64,000 nucleotides of DNA from the NCBI GenBank assembly GCA_035547575.1, contig DASZUO010000303.1, forward strand, positions 1,183 through 65,182. Reading direction: 5' to 3'. This DNA comes from Amycolatopsis sp. Lineage in GTDB: Bacteria; Actinomycetota; Actinomycetes; Mycobacteriales; Pseudonocardiaceae. The first letter of the stretch is position 1. Every line of letters begins with the position of its first letter. Of this stretch, positions 1-11,395 are shown piece after piece. A program made the translations under genes and the position numbers. The notes under the pieces were generated by a model. That model made no database searches and was not told the DNA's origin. It saw nothing but the letters and a program-made list of their open reading frames with translations.

Positions 1-968
1 GACGTCGCGGCCAGCGCGGGAAACCCGATCACGTCACCCACCGCGTAGATGTGCGGCACCGGCGTGCGGTAGTGCTCGTCGACCGAGAGCCGCCCGCGGT
101 TGTCCGCCTCCAGTCCCGCGGCGGCCAGGTCGAGTTCCTCCGTCATGCCCTGCCTGCCCGCCGAGTACATCACCGCGTCCGCCGGAATGCGCTTTCCGCT
201 GACCAGCGTGGTAACGGTCGCGTCGTCCGACGTCGCGACACCGGCGACCTTCTCCCCGAACCGGAACGTGACGGCGAGGTCCCGCAGGTGGAACTTCAGC
301 GACTCGACGATCTCCGGATCGCAGAACTCGAGCATGTGCTCGCGTTGCTCGACGACGGTGACCCGGCTGCCGAGCGCGGCGAACACCGACGCGTACTCGA
401 TGCCGATCACCCCGGCCCCGACCACGACGAGCGAGGAGGGAATCTTCTCCAGCCGCAGGATCTCGTCGGAGTCCAGCACGCGCTCGGTGTCGAAATCGAC
501 GTAGTCGGGGCGCGCGGGCCTGGTGCCGGTGGCGATCACGATGTGGGAGGCGGTCAGCGCCGTCCGGTCACCCTTGTGCACGCCCGAGACCGCCACGGTG
601 TGCGGGTCGAGGAACCGGCCGGTGCCGGTGTGCAGGTCGACGTGGTTGCGCATCAGTTGCGCACGCACCACCTGCACCTCACGCCCCACCACGTGCTGGG
701 TGCGGGCCATCAGGTCCGCGATCGTGATCTCCTGCTTGACCCGGTAGCTCGCGCCGTAGAGGTCCCGCTGGTTCATCCCCGTGAGGTAGAGCACCGCTTC
801 GCGCAACGTCTTCGACGGGATGGTGCCCGTGTTGACGCACACGCCGCCGACCATCTCCTGCCGGTCGATGACCGCGACACGCTTGCCCAGCTTGGCGGCG
901 CCGATGGCCGCCTTCTGTCCACCCGGCCCGGACCCGATGACGATCAGGTCGTAGTCATAGTCGGTCAC
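1..968 (-). CDS. sthA: Soluble (Si-specific) NAD(P)+ transhydrogenase, 3' end runs off the window
   Basis: Not in the ORF track because its stop lies outside the window. Manual translation from GTG at 968 gives [31 protein letters not shown]...[18 protein letters not shown]. The single-Cys CxxTGTIPSK motif is typical of SthA; a second GAGVIG NAD-binding motif follows. Confidence 0.9.
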   Translation of the reverse strand, partial: MTDYDYDLIVIGSGPGGQKAAIGAAKLGKRVAVIDRQEMVGGVCVNTGTIPSKTLREAVLYLTGMNQRDLYGASYRVKQEITIADLMARTQHVVGREVQVVRAQLMRNHVDLHTGTGRFLDPHTVAVSGVHKGDRTALTASHIVIATGTRPARPDYVDFDTERVLDSDEILRLEKIPSSLVVVGAGVIGIEYASVFAALGSRVTVVEQREHMLEFCDPEIVESLKFHLRDLAVTFRFGEKVAGVATSDDATVTTLVSGKRIPADAVMYSAGRQGMTEELDLAAAGLEADNRGRLSVDEHYRTPVPHIYAVGDVIGFPALAAT

Positions 969-1074
969 GCGTCAAGACTGCTCACCGGCGATGTCCGGCG
1001 CAAGCCCGGTTGCTTTACCAGCACTTGAAAAACGCGCAACGGCGGTCTCACCTGCTGATCACTATCGTGACCTT

Positions 1075-3177
1075 GTGGGTGTTTTCACGGGGGTTCCCCG
1101 GTTTCTGAGTTACTGTGCGGTCGCGGGCGTGCTGGCGGCGGGAGTGGCGGCGCCGGTGGCGCTCGGTGCCGGCCTGCTGTCCAACCAGGTCAGCGACGCG
1201 GTGGACGGCATTTCCGCGACACTCGCCGCGAGCGACCAGCCGCTGGTCACCACCGTCACCGACCGCGACGGCAACCCGATCGCGACCCTGTTCGACCAGT
1301 ACCGGGTCCCGGCCACCTACGACCAGATCTCCGACGCCGCCAAGGCCGCGATCGTCTCGATCGAGGACCACCGGTTCTTCACCGAGGGCGGGGTCGACGT
1401 CAAGGGAATGGTGCGCGCGGCGCTGCACGACAGTTCCGGCGGCAGCACGCAGGGCGGGTCGACGATCACCCAGCAGTACGTGAAGAACTACCTGATCAAC
1501 GTGGTGGACCGCACCGACAAGGCCGCGCAGTACGCCGACAAGGCCGACACCATCGCCCGCAAGCTGCGCGAAGCCAAGATCGCCGTGCAACTGGGTCAGA
1601 CCGAGTCCAAACAGGACATCCTGACCGGGTACCTCAACGTGGTCGAGTACTCCGGCAACGTCTACGGAATCGGCGCCGCCGCGCACGCCTATTTCCACAC
1701 CACACCGGACAAGCTGAACGTGCAGCAGGCGGCACTGCTCGCGGGCATGGTGAACAACCCGAACCTGTACAACCCGTACACCCACCCCGATCAGGCACTG
1801 CAGCGGCGTAACGTCGTGATCGACTCGATGGTGACGAACCGGATGCTCGACGAGGCCGACGCCGCGACCGCGAAGGCCACCCCGCTCGGCGTGGTCGAGG
1901 GCGGCCCGGACATCCCGTCGAGCACCTGCATGGGCGCCGCGCCCGACGCCGGGTTCTTCTGCCAGTACGCGGAAAGCTACCTGATCGGCGCCGGGTTCAC
2001 CGAGGACCAGCTGGAGACCGGGGGCTACACCGTCAAGACCACGATGGACCCTGTGGTGAGCACGACCGTGAAGGACGCGGTCGATGCGAACGTGCCCACC
2101 CGACAGGACGGCGTGGCCAACACGTTCGCCGTGGTCCGGCCGGGCAACACCACGCACGAGGTGCTGGCGATGGTCGCGAACCGCAACTACGGCACCGATC
2201 CGGCCCAGGGCGAGACGTCCACCAACATCGTCTCGGCCGCCAGCGACGTGTTCGGGGCTGGCTCGTCGTTCAAGATCTTCACCTCGGCGGCCGCCCTGGA
2301 GGCGGGCAAGGCCGGGCTGAACACGCCGCTGCCCAATCCGGACAGCGACTGCTTCATGCCCCCCAACGCCAACCGGTACACCAGCTGCTATCCCGTGCAC
2401 AACGACGGGCACTACGCGGACCCGATCTCGCTGCGCGACGGGCTGGCCACCTCGCCCAACGTGGCTTTCGTGGGACTGGAGTCCAGGGTCGGGATGCCCG
2501 CGGTGCTCGACATGGCGCGGCGGCTGGGCCTGCGCACGTCGCTGAACACCAACGACGCGGGCAGCACGCCCAACCCGTCGTCCGCGAACACCCAGTACAG
2601 CCAGCCGCAGTCGCAGTACTTTCAGGACAAGCTCTCGTTCACGCTCGGCGACAGCCCGGTGAGCCCGCTGGAAATGGCGAACGTGCCCGCGACGCTGATG
2701 AGCGGCGGCGTGTGGTGCCCGCCGAACCCGATCCTGTCGGTGACGGACCGGTTCGGCGCGCCGGTGCCGGTCCGGCAGCAGGCGTGCGAGCAGGCGGTCT
2801 CACCCGCGATCGCGAACACGCTGGAGGCAGGCCTGAGCCAGGACACGATCAGCGGCACGTCGGCGACGGCCGCGCACGCGGCGGGCTGGAGCCACGCGGA
2901 CATCGGCAAGACCGGAACCACGCAGAACAGCGAGTCGGTGGCGTTCGTCGGCGGTGTCGACGACTACGCGGTGTCGTCACTGGTGTTCGCCGACGGTTCC
3001 CACCCGCAGGAGATCTGCCCCGGCACCCCGGTCCACCTGGGCGAGTGCGGCAACGGCGCGTTCGGTGGCACGGTGGCCGCCCCGCCGTACTTCCACGCGA
3101 TGAGCCAGATCCTCGGCGGCCGCCCGGACACCCCGATCCCGCCGCCGGACCCGGCCTACCTCAACGCCCGGAGCTGA
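1075..3177 (+). CDS. Class A penicillin-binding protein (transglycosylase/transpeptidase), no PASTA domain
   Basis: N-terminal TM anchor; GT51 motifs SIEDHRF, QGGSTITQQYVKN and RKLRE; transpeptidase motifs SSFK, SPN and KTG. Start uncertain (991 or 1075). Confidence 0.9.
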   Translation: MGVFTGVPRFLSYCAVAGVLAAGVAAPVALGAGLLSNQVSDAVDGISATLAASDQPLVTTVTDRDGNPIATLFDQYRVPATYDQISDAAKAAIVSIEDHRFFTEGGVDVKGMVRAALHDSSGGSTQGGSTITQQYVKNYLINVVDRTDKAAQYADKADTIARKLREAKIAVQLGQTESKQDILTGYLNVVEYSGNVYGIGAAAHAYFHTTPDKLNVQQAALLAGMVNNPNLYNPYTHPDQALQRRNVVIDSMVTNRMLDEADAATAKATPLGVVEGGPDIPSSTCMGAAPDAGFFCQYAESYLIGAGFTEDQLETGGYTVKTTMDPVVSTTVKDAVDANVPTRQDGVANTFAVVRPGNTTHEVLAMVANRNYGTDPAQGETSTNIVSAASDVFGAGSSFKIFTSAAALEAGKAGLNTPLPNPDSDCFMPPNANRYTSCYPVHNDGHYADPISLRDGLATSPNVAFVGLESRVGMPAVLDMARRLGLRTSLNTNDAGSTPNPSSANTQYSQPQSQYFQDKLSFTLGDSPVSPLEMANVPATLMSGGVWCPPNPILSVTDRFGAPVPVRQQACEQAVSPAIANTLEAGLSQDTISGTSATAAHAAGWSHADIGKTGTTQNSESVAFVGGVDDYAVSSLVFADGSHPQEICPGTPVHLGECGNGAFGGTVAAPPYFHAMSQILGGRPDTPIPPPDPAYLNARS

Positions 3178-3568
3178 CCGCCGCGATGAACCCGTCGACG
3201 TCGAGGTGCTCGCTCTCCGCGCCGAGCGGCACCCGCGCCGCCGTCGCCTCCAGAAAGGACTCGACGTCCGCGCGGCGCATCTCGACCACCGCGTAGCCGT
3301 CGGGCGACTCGAGTTCGACGACGAACAGGCCCTCCTCGAACGACAGGTCAGGGCGGACGCGGACGTCGCCGAGCCCCACCGGTTCGGACAATCCGGCGAT
3401 GAGCAGGTCGCGGGCGAACACCCAGTCGATCCACTGCCCGCGCTGCGCCCGGAACGACAGCGCCACCGCGTAGGGGTCGCGCGCCACGTAGGACCAGCGG
3501 GAGAACACGGGCGTGGCGCACCCGTTGAGGGTCACGAACTGGTGCTGCTCCACGACGTCGTCATTCAT
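3161..3568 (-). CDS. SsgA-family sporulation/cell-division regulator
   Basis: 135 aa with DPYAVxLxF, WVFARDLL and GLGDVRVRP motifs; GGAGG RBS upstream. Confidence 0.9.
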   Translation of the reverse strand: MNDDVVEQHQFVTLNGCATPVFSRWSYVARDPYAVALSFRAQRGQWIDWVFARDLLIAGLSEPVGLGDVRVRPDLSFEEGLFVVELESPDGYAVVEMRRADVESFLEATAARVPLGAESEHLDVDGFIAAVSSGR

Positions 3569-3682
3569 GGCGTCCTCCGGGTCATGAGGCTGTCATGGAC
3601 AAGGACGTCTGACGGCGGCGGACGTTACGCCGCTCCCGCCGCGAATTTCGCGCCAACGGACCCGGCCGCACCCTGACCGGGC

Positions 3683-5038
3683 GTGTTTGGGCACGATGTG
3701 CCGGTGCCACGAGACGACATCGACGAGGCGGAGACCAGGCCGATCCCGCGCATCCCGGCCGCCGCTCGGCAGCGACGCGCGGAAACGAGGCGCGCCCCAG
3801 GCGGGAAACGCCGTGCCCCGGCCGGCACCGGACACGGGCACGGCCATGGCCCGGCGGAGCCGGCGTCTCGGCGGGTGCGGTTGCTGCTGATCTGGCTGCT
3901 CGGTCCGATCGCGCTCGTCACGGTCGTCGCGGCGCTCGTGCTGTACCCGTGGGGCAAGCCGAAGCCGGCGAGCACCTACCAGCAGGGCACCCCGGTGCAC
4001 GGGACGATCACCACCGCGACGAGCGGCCCCTGCCTGGCGCCCGGCCAGGTGCAAGTCGGCACCACCCCGGACCCCGGCGCCAAGCCGTGCCTCACCGTCG
4101 AGGTCGCACTGACCGACGGCGCCGCCGGCGGCTCGACCATCCGGCTCGTGGAGCCGATCGAGCCGAGCACGCCCCGGTTCGCGGTCGACGACAAGGTGGT
4201 GCTCAGCTTCAACGGCGGCGACGCCAAGGACCCCAGCTCCTATCAGCTCGTCGACTTCCAGCGCGGTCTGCCGCTGGCGCTGCTTGCCGGGTTGTTCGCG
4301 ATCGCGGTCGTCGTGCTTGGGCGGTGGCAGGGCCTGGCCGCGCTGGGTGCGCTGGTGCTGAGCTTCGTCGTGCTGGTGCTGTTCGTGCTGCCGGCGATCC
4401 TCGCCGGGCAGAACCCGCTGCTGGTCGCGATCGTCGGGGCCGGAGTGATCATGTTCGTGGCGCTGTACCTCACCCACGGGCTGTCGGCGCGGACGTCGGT
4501 CGCGGTGCTCGGCACGATGGTGAGCCTGGCGCTCATCGGCGTCCTGTCGGTGATCTTCTCCGTCACCGCATCGCTCACCGGGCTCGACGACAGCACGTCG
4601 ACGCTGATCGGCTCGCTCGGCCACGGCATCGACGCGCGCGGGCTGCTGCTCGCCGGGATCGTCATCGGCGCGCTGGGTGTGCTCGACGACGTGACCGTGA
4701 CGCAGACCAGCGCCGTGTGGGAACTGCGGCGCGCGAACCCGGACCTGACGTGGCGCGAGCTGTACAGCGCCGGCCTGCGAATCGGCCGGGACCACGTCGG
4801 GTCCGCGGTCAACACACTCGTGATGGCCTATGCCGGCGCCGCGCTGCCGGTGATGCTCTACTCGGCGATCTCGGGCGTCGGGCTCGGCGCGATCCTGGGG
4901 TCGCAGGACGTCGCGGAGGAGATCGTGCGGACCCTGGCGGGCAGCGTCGGCATCGTCGCGGCGGTGCCGGTGACGACGGTGCTCGCGGCCCTCATCGCCA
5001 GCCGCGAACGTCACACCAGTCACACCAGTGGTCAGTAG
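3683..5038 (+). CDS. YibE/F family membrane protein
   Basis: Multi-TM protein with GxLDDVTVTQ, GRDHxxSxVNTLVMAYAG and EIVRTLAGSVG motifs. Confidence 0.85.
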   Translation: MFGHDVPVPRDDIDEAETRPIPRIPAAARQRRAETRRAPGGKRRAPAGTGHGHGHGPAEPASRRVRLLLIWLLGPIALVTVVAALVLYPWGKPKPASTYQQGTPVHGTITTATSGPCLAPGQVQVGTTPDPGAKPCLTVEVALTDGAAGGSTIRLVEPIEPSTPRFAVDDKVVLSFNGGDAKDPSSYQLVDFQRGLPLALLAGLFAIAVVVLGRWQGLAALGALVLSFVVLVLFVLPAILAGQNPLLVAIVGAGVIMFVALYLTHGLSARTSVAVLGTMVSLALIGVLSVIFSVTASLTGLDDSTSTLIGSLGHGIDARGLLLAGIVIGALGVLDDVTVTQTSAVWELRRANPDLTWRELYSAGLRIGRDHVGSAVNTLVMAYAGAALPVMLYSAISGVGLGAILGSQDVAEEIVRTLAGSVGIVAAVPVTTVLAALIASRERHTSHTSGQ

Positions 5039-5177
5039 CCACAACACGCGAGTCCGGCTTGGTGACCGCGCGGGAAGTGGGGTAGGAAGGGCCCGCAGCC
5101 AGGGGCGCCTCGGGCCAGGTTCCGCCGACCGCACCGCCACGCACGCCAGTTTCACGACAGTCTCCGGAGGGGGCTCG

Positions 5178-5507
5178 ATGGAATTCGCACGGCCACGACG
5201 CCTGCCCCGCGTGACACTGCCACGGCGATTCGCCCGCGCGGCACGCGTCACGCTGCGGGCGATGCAGAGCGTGCCCCGGCTCAGCGCCGTGCTCGCGGAA
5301 CTGCGCGACGCCGTGCAGCAGATCGAGCGACTGGCCACGTTCGCCGCGCAGGAACTGCCCGAGGTCGTCTACCAGCTCGAGGCCATGCGCGAACAACTCG
5401 CCGCGATCGAGCGCCGTCTGGGTAACGCCGCCGCGCAGCCGTCGGGCGAGAACGGCCGTGCCCCTAGTCGAGATGAGCTACGAAGCGGCTCACGGCGTCC
5501 ATTGTGA
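5178..5507 (+). CDS. Hypothetical coiled-coil protein
   Basis: ATG at 5178 preceded by GGAGGGG; helical sequence (LAELRDAVQQIERLATFAAQELPEVVYQLEAMREQLAAIERRL). Confidence 0.65.
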   Translation: MEFARPRRLPRVTLPRRFARAARVTLRAMQSVPRLSAVLAELRDAVQQIERLATFAAQELPEVVYQLEAMREQLAAIERRLGNAAAQPSGENGRAPSRDELRSGSRRPL

Positions 5508-6105
5508 ACCGTTGGGCGAGTTTGCCCTGCGGGGCCGCGGAGGCGAGGCGGTAGAGCGGCCGGTCCGCCGCGCCGTCGCCACGTGCCTCGGACTTCAGTT
5601 GCGCCACCAGCAGTTCCGAGAACACCATGCCGTCGGCCTCGATGTTGTTCAGCAGCGCGTTCGCGAGCCGGCGCAGCGCCAGCACGCCCAGTTCCCGTCC
5701 ACCGGTGCCCGCGTAGACCGCCAGGTCGATCTTCGCGTTCCGCCGGCGTTGCCCGGCGTTGACGAGCAGGCTCACGGTGCGCACACCACGCACATCGGTC
5801 ACCAGCAAGTCGATCCGCTTCGCCCCGGCGATGTCCACCGACCGTGTAGCCCACGTGCGCACCAGCACCGAGTCGCCCTCCAGCCACAACCGGCGACGCA
5901 GGTTGTACACCACGACGTAGAGCAGCGGCAGTGCCACCACAGCGGCCACCACCAGACCGGCCACCTCACCGCCGACGAGCCCGGCGACACCGCCGAACGC
6001 GGCCGCGAACAGCACCACCCCGGCGATGCCCGAGATGACGCGCCTGCGCCGCAGGTCGGGGTTTTCCTGGTGCAACGGAAGGCGGTCCGGGTTCTGCTCG
6101 CTCAC
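5464..6105 (-). CDS. Hypothetical membrane protein (2 TM plus soluble domain)
   Basis: 213-aa ORF with two N-terminal hydrophobic helices and normal codon bias. Confidence 0.75.
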   Translation of the reverse strand: MSEQNPDRLPLHQENPDLRRRRVISGIAGVVLFAAAFGGVAGLVGGEVAGLVVAAVVALPLLYVVVYNLRRRLWLEGDSVLVRTWATRSVDIAGAKRIDLLVTDVRGVRTVSLLVNAGQRRRNAKIDLAVYAGTGGRELGVLALRRLANALLNNIEADGMVFSELLVAQLKSEARGDGAADRPLYRLASAAPQGKLAQRFTMDAVSRFVAHLD

Positions 6106-6201
6106 CGGGTCACCCTAACCAGACCTGTATAGGGTTCTCACAGGTTGTGGCCATAGACTGCCGCCACCCGATCGGTGACGTCGAGTGGATGTGGAGTGCA
6201 G

Positions 6202-7059
6202 GTGGCGACCAACCAGCAGCGCCGTGAGGCGGCGAAGCGCAAACTCGAACGGCAGATGGTCCGCCGTGCCGAGCGGGCGCGGCGGCGCAGGATCGTCGGT
6301 GTTGGCGTGACCGTGGGCGCGGTCGTGGTGGTCGCGGGCCTGGTCGTGTTCCTGACCACCCAGGGCGGCGGCTCCTCCGGCAGCGCGGCCTCCCCGACGA
6401 GCGCCGCGCCCAGCAGCGAGGTGCAGATCCCGACGCAGCGTGTCACCGAGGCGGCCCGCCCGACGCCGCTGCCGAACCCGACGACGTGCAACTACCCGGC
6501 CGACAGCACGCAGCAGGCCGACAAGAAGGCGACACCGCCGAAGGGCACGAAGGTCCCGTCCACCGGCACCGTGAACGTCACCCTGCACAGCACCGTCGGC
6601 GACATCCCGATCACGCTGGACCGTGCGCTTGCCCCGTGCACCGTGAACAGCTTCCTCGGCCTCGTCGACCAGAACTACTACACCGGCACCTCGTGCCACC
6701 GGCTGGGCACCGAGGGCCTGCAGATGCTGCAGTGCGGCGACCCGACCGGCACCGGCATGGGCGGCCCGGGCTACACGGTCCCGGACGAGAACTTCCCGCA
6801 GCTGACCTACGGCCGCGGCATCCTCGCGATGGCGAAGACATCGCAGCCCAACAGCGGTGGCAGCCAGTTCTTCATGGTCTACGGCGACGCGCAACTCGAC
6901 CCGGACTACACCGTGTTCGGGTCCATTTCGGACGCCGGGCTCCAGGTGCTGGACAAGGTCGCGCGCGCCGGTGTCGACCCGGCCTCGGCCGCGCAGAGCC
7001 AGGACGGCACAGGTGCCCCGGCGACCCCGGTGAAGTTCACCGGCGCCACCGTCGGCTGA
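6202..7059 (+). CDS. ppiB: Membrane-anchored cyclophilin-type peptidyl-prolyl isomerase
   Basis: CHRL, LQCGDPTGTGxGGPGY, AMA and GGSQFF cyclophilin motifs; TM anchor; convergent with relA as in other actinobacteria. Confidence 0.9.
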   Translation: MATNQQRREAAKRKLERQMVRRAERARRRRIVGVGVTVGAVVVVAGLVVFLTTQGGGSSGSAASPTSAAPSSEVQIPTQRVTEAARPTPLPNPTTCNYPADSTQQADKKATPPKGTKVPSTGTVNVTLHSTVGDIPITLDRALAPCTVNSFLGLVDQNYYTGTSCHRLGTEGLQMLQCGDPTGTGMGGPGYTVPDENFPQLTYGRGILAMAKTSQPNSGGSQFFMVYGDAQLDPDYTVFGSISDAGLQVLDKVARAGVDPASAAQSQDGTGAPATPVKFTGATVG

Positions 7060-7122
7060 CCCGAGGTCACCCGCCGGGGATCGCGAAGCCGGTCAGCGGC
7101 CGTGCGCGGGACGTGCTCGCGA

Positions 7123-9447
7123 TCACGACGCCGACGTGACGCGATACACGTCGTAGACACCCTCGACGCCGCGGACGACCTTGAGCACGTGACCGAGGTG
7201 CTTCGGGTCGCCCATCTCGAACGAGAACCGGCTCACCGCGACCCGGTCGCGTGAGGTGGTGACCGACGCGGACAGGATGTTGACCTTCTCGTCGGCCAGC
7301 ACCTTCGTCACGTCCGACAGCAGCCGGTGCCGGTCCAGGGCCTCGACCTGGATGGCCACCAGGAACACCGAGTTCTCCGACGGCGCCCACTCGACCTCGA
7401 CGAGCCGTTCGGGCTGGCTGCGCAGGTCACCGGCGTTGGTGCAGTCGGTGCGGTGCACGCTCACACCGCCACCGCGGGTGACGAACCCGAGGATCTCGTC
7501 GCCCGGCACCGGGGTGCAGCAGCGCGCCAGCTTCGCCCACACGTCACTGGCGCCCTTGACGATCACCCCGACGTCGTTGGAGCCACGGCGCCGCGTCACC
7601 GTGGACGGCGTGGACCGGGCGGCCAGTTCCTCCTCGGCCTCCTCGACCCCGCCGATCAGCGCGACCAGCCGCTGCACGACGTGCTTCGCACTCGTGTGGC
7701 CTTCGCCGACGGCCGCGTACAGCGAGCTGATGTCGGGGTGCCGCAGCTCGGCGGCCAGCGCACCCATGGACTCCGCGGACACCAGCCGCTGCATCGGCAG
7801 GCCGACCTTGCGGATCTCCTTGGTGATCGCGTCCTTGCCTGCCTCGATCGCCTCGTCGCGGCGCTCCTTGGCGAACCACTGGCGGATCTTCGCGCGGGCC
7901 TTGGGCGAGCGCGCGAACTGCAGCCAGTCCCGGGTCGGGCCCGCGTTCTCCGCCTTGGACGTGAAGATCTCGACGACGTCGCCGTTCTCGAGCTTGCGCT
8001 CCAGCGCGACCAGCCGGCCGTTGACGCGCGCGCCGATGCACCGGTGCCCGACCTCGGTGTGCACGGCGTAGGCGAAGTCCACGGGGGTGCCGCCGACCGG
8101 CAGCGTCACGACGTCGCCCTTGGGCGTGAACACGAAGATCTCGCGCGCGGCGAGTTCGTAGCGCAGCGAGTCGAGGAACTCGCCCGGGTCGGCGGCCTCC
8201 CGCTGCCAGTCGAGCAGTTGCCGCATCCACGCCATCTCGTCGATGTCGACGGCGGTGGCCGACCGGCCGGCATGGGTGCCGCGCGTCTCCTTGTAGCGCC
8301 AGTGCGCCGCGATGCCGTACTCGGCGGTGTGGTGCATCTCGTAGGTGCGGATCTGCACCTCCAACGGCTTGCCGTCCGGGCCGATCACGGTCGTGTGCAG
8401 GGACTGGTACACGCTGAAGCGGGGCTGGGCGATGTAGTCCTTGAACCGGCCGGGCATCGGCTGCCACAGCGCGTGCACGACACCCATCGCCGCGTAGCAG
8501 TCGCGCACGTCCTCGACCAGGATCCGCACCCCCACCAGGTCGTGGATGTCGTCGAGGTCGCGGCCGCGGACGATCATCTTCTGGTGGATCGAGTAGTAGT
8601 GCTTGGGCCTGCCCTCGACCTTCGCCGCGATCCGCGAACCGGCCAGGCTCGTGGTCAGCTCGTCGATCACCTTGCGCAGGTAGATGTCGCGCGAGGGTGC
8701 GCGGTCGGCGACCAGGCGCACGATCTCGTCGTACTTCTTCGGCTGCAGGATCGCGAACGCCAGGTCCTCCAGCTCCCACTTCACGGTCGCCATACCGAGG
8801 CGGTGCGCGAGCGGGGCGAGGACCTCCAGGGTCTCCTTGGCCTTGCGGGCCTGCTTCTCCGGCGGCAGGAACCGCATGGTGCGCATGTTGTGCAGCCGGT
8901 CCGCGAGCTTGATGACCAGCACCCGCGGGTCGCGGGCCATCGCGATGACCATCTTGCGGATGGTCTCGGCCTCCGCCGCGGTGCCCAGCTTGACCTTGTC
9001 CAGCTTGGTCACGCCGTCGACGAGCTGGGCGACCTTGTCGCCGAAGTCCTCCGACAGCTGCTCCAGCGAGTAACCGGTGTCCTCCACCGTGTCGTGCAGC
9101 AGCGCCGCCACCAGCGTGACGGTGTCCATGCCCAGCTCGGCCAGGATCGTGGCCACCGCGAGCGGGTGCGTGATGTAGGGGTCGCCCGATTTGCGCCGCT
9201 GGTCGCGGTGCAGCTCCTCGGCCACGTCGTAGGCGCGCTGCAAGAGGCTCAGGTCGGCGCCGGGGTGCAGCTCGCGGTGGATCGCGGCGAGCGGCTCCAG
9301 CACCTGCTTCACCGAGGCGGCGCGCTGCGCCGTGATGCGCCGGGCCAGCCGCGCCCGCACCCGCCGGGTGGCCGACGGCGCCCGCGTCACGCCCTGCTGG
9401 GCCAACGCGTTGTCGTGGGGCGCCGAGGAATCGAGCTCTTGGCTCAC
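7123..9447 (-). CDS. relA: Bifunctional (p)ppGpp synthetase/hydrolase RelA/SpoT
   Basis: HD domain (ALLHDTVED), synthetase motifs ([24 protein letters not shown]), TGS and ACT domains; GTG at 9447 after AGGAGG. Confidence 0.97.
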   Translation of the reverse strand: MSQELDSSAPHDNALAQQGVTRAPSATRRVRARLARRITAQRAASVKQVLEPLAAIHRELHPGADLSLLQRAYDVAEELHRDQRRKSGDPYITHPLAVATILAELGMDTVTLVAALLHDTVEDTGYSLEQLSEDFGDKVAQLVDGVTKLDKVKLGTAAEAETIRKMVIAMARDPRVLVIKLADRLHNMRTMRFLPPEKQARKAKETLEVLAPLAHRLGMATVKWELEDLAFAILQPKKYDEIVRLVADRAPSRDIYLRKVIDELTTSLAGSRIAAKVEGRPKHYYSIHQKMIVRGRDLDDIHDLVGVRILVEDVRDCYAAMGVVHALWQPMPGRFKDYIAQPRFSVYQSLHTTVIGPDGKPLEVQIRTYEMHHTAEYGIAAHWRYKETRGTHAGRSATAVDIDEMAWMRQLLDWQREAADPGEFLDSLRYELAAREIFVFTPKGDVVTLPVGGTPVDFAYAVHTEVGHRCIGARVNGRLVALERKLENGDVVEIFTSKAENAGPTRDWLQFARSPKARAKIRQWFAKERRDEAIEAGKDAITKEIRKVGLPMQRLVSAESMGALAAELRHPDISSLYAAVGEGHTSAKHVVQRLVALIGGVEEAEEELAARSTPSTVTRRRGSNDVGVIVKGASDVWAKLARCCTPVPGDEILGFVTRGGGVSVHRTDCTNAGDLRSQPERLVEVEWAPSENSVFLVAIQVEALDRHRLLSDVTKVLADEKVNILSASVTTSRDRVAVSRFSFEMGDPKHLGHVLKVVRGVEGVYDVYRVTSAS

Positions 9448-9636
9448 CCCCACCTCCTGCCGTTCGCGGGCCATACAACCAGCCTCTGGAACACCAAGCG
9501 TACTGCGTCGTTCGTTACCGATCCGACCGCAGTCACGGCTGACCGGCTTGGGTAGCAAGGGTAGGTGCTGCTCGGGGCTTCCTGCTTTCGGCTGGATCGG
9601 CGACTCGCGTGGGTCCGTCGCCGTCGCCGGCCGGGG

Positions 9637-10155
9637 TCAGACCACCTGCAGGGAATGGATCTTCCGCGCGCCCAGGGCGGTGCGACCGTCCAGCGCGGCG
9701 AGTTCCAGCACCACCGACACGCCCGCGACCGCCGCGCCCGCGGTCTCCAGCAGCCGGCACGCCGCGTTGACCGTGCCCCCGGTGGCCAGCACGTCGTCAA
9801 TGACCGAGACCCGTGCCCCGGCGGGCACGACCCGCTCCGGAAGTTCGAGCGTCGCCGTGCCGTACTCCAGCGCGTAGTCGACCCGGCCCGCCACCGCGGG
9901 CAGCTTGCCGGGCTTGCGTACCAGCACCACGCCGAGGCCCCGGGCGTAGCCGACGGCCGCGGCGAGCATGAACCCGCGCGCCTCGACGGCCGCCAGCAGG
10001 TCCACGTCCGGTTCGACGGTGGCCGCCAGCGCCTCGATCACCGCCGCGAAACCGGGCCCGCTGGCGAACAGCGGCGACAGATCACGGAAGAGCACGCCCG
10101 GTTCGGGAAAGTCCGGAACCTCGACGATGAGGTCCAACGCCGCGTCGAGGTCCAC
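9637..10155 (-). CDS. apt: Adenine phosphoribosyltransferase
   Basis: PDFPEPGVLFRD, EARGF, RKPGKLP, LEYG and IDDVLATGGT motifs. Confidence 0.96.
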   Translation of the reverse strand: MDLDAALDLIVEVPDFPEPGVLFRDLSPLFASGPGFAAVIEALAATVEPDVDLLAAVEARGFMLAAAVGYARGLGVVLVRKPGKLPAVAGRVDYALEYGTATLELPERVVPAGARVSVIDDVLATGGTVNAACRLLETAGAAVAGVSVVLELAALDGRTALGARKIHSLQVV

Positions 10156-10158
10156 GGG

Positions 10159-11394
10159 TCACCGCTTCCGCTTGCCGGAGGGCCGCCCGCGTCGCTGGGC
10201 GCGCGGCGCCGCGGATTTCGGCGACTTCGGCGTGCGAGCGGGCACGCTGGCCGCGGCGGCGTACGCCTTCTCCTTGCGCAGTTCCGCTTCCAGCGTCTCG
10301 TCGTCGGCCGCGTCGAAGTGCTCCCCCGCCTCGGCCTTCTCCTGCTCGGCGGCGCGGCGGGCCCGGCGGCCCATGACCCGCTGGGCCTGCTGCTTGTACC
10401 TCGGGTCGCGCATCTTGAGGTCCACCAGCAGCGGGGTCGCGAGGAACAGCGACGACAGCACACCGGCGAGCATGCCGGTCAGCTGCACGAGCGCGAGGTC
10501 CTGCAGCGTGCCCTGCCCGAGCAGGATGTACCCCACGATCAGCAGGCCGAGCACCGGCAGCAGCGCGATGATCGACGTGTTGATCGAGCGCATCAGCGTC
10601 TGGTTCAGCGCCAGGTTCGCCGTCTCGGCGTAGGTGCGCCGGGTCAGCCCCAGCAGGCCGCGGGAGTTCTCCTTGACCTTGTCGAACACCACCACCGTGT
10701 CGTACAGCGAGAACCCGAGGATGGTGAGCAGGCCGATGACGGTCGCCGGCGTGACCTCGAAGCCGACGAGCGCGTAGATGCCCGCGGTGACGACGACGTC
10801 GTGGACGAGCGAGACCAGCGCCGCGATCGCCATCCAGCGTTCGAAGTAGACCGCCAGGAAGATCGTCACCAGCACCATGAAGACGGCCAGCGCGATCAGC
10901 GCCTGCCGGGAGATCTCCCCGCCCCACGAGCCGCTCACCGCGCTGTCGCTGATCGCCTGCTCGCTCGGCTGGCCGTTGGACGCCAGCGGCTGCAGTTGCG
11001 TGAACAGCGCCTGTTTGACCTTGCTGACCTGGTCCTCGTTCAGCGACTCCGACCGGATCTGCACCGTCGCGAGGTCGCCGACGCCGACCGACTGCGCCGA
11101 CTCCGGCTCCTGGCCGATGGCCTGCGCGAAGATGTCCTTCGCGCGATCCGCCGAGATCGGACCGGACGCGCCCTTCGCGGGCATCTGGATCTGCGTGCCG
11201 CCGACGAACTCGATGCCGAGGTTGAACCCCCGGATGCCCATCCCGGCGATGCAGACCAGCACCAGCGCGGTGAAGAAGATGTACCAGCGCTTGCGCTTGC
11301 CGACGATGTCGAAGGCGCCGGTGCCGACGTAGAGCCGGTGGAAGACGCTGCCCTGCTTGGCCGGAGCCGCGCCGCTCTTGTCGGAGGTGGCCAT
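10159..11394 (-). CDS. secF: Protein translocase subunit SecF
   Basis: LGIEFxGG and LTILGFSLYDTVVVFDKVKEN motifs; synteny. Confidence 0.96.
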   Translation of the reverse strand: MATSDKSGAAPAKQGSVFHRLYVGTGAFDIVGKRKRWYIFFTALVLVCIAGMGIRGFNLGIEFVGGTQIQMPAKGASGPISADRAKDIFAQAIGQEPESAQSVGVGDLATVQIRSESLNEDQVSKVKQALFTQLQPLASNGQPSEQAISDSAVSGSWGGEISRQALIALAVFMVLVTIFLAVYFERWMAIAALVSLVHDVVVTAGIYALVGFEVTPATVIGLLTILGFSLYDTVVVFDKVKENSRGLLGLTRRTYAETANLALNQTLMRSINTSIIALLPVLGLLIVGYILLGQGTLQDLALVQLTGMLAGVLSSLFLATPLLVDLKMRDPRYKQQAQRVMGRRARRAAEQEKAEAGEHFDAADDETLEAELRKEKAYAAAASVPARTPKSPKSAAPRAQRRGRPSGKRKR

Positions 11395-11395
11395 C

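Noticed and set aside
51-1028. 325-aa plus-strand ORF in the track
   Set aside because: Antisense shadow of sthA, which is clearly encoded on the minus strand.
7327-9555. Very long opposite-strand ORFs (also 27122-29524, 47020-50214, 53690-56599, 60527-63193)
   Set aside because: Typical stop-poor antisense frames of high-GC genes; they lack motifs and overlap well-supported CDSs.
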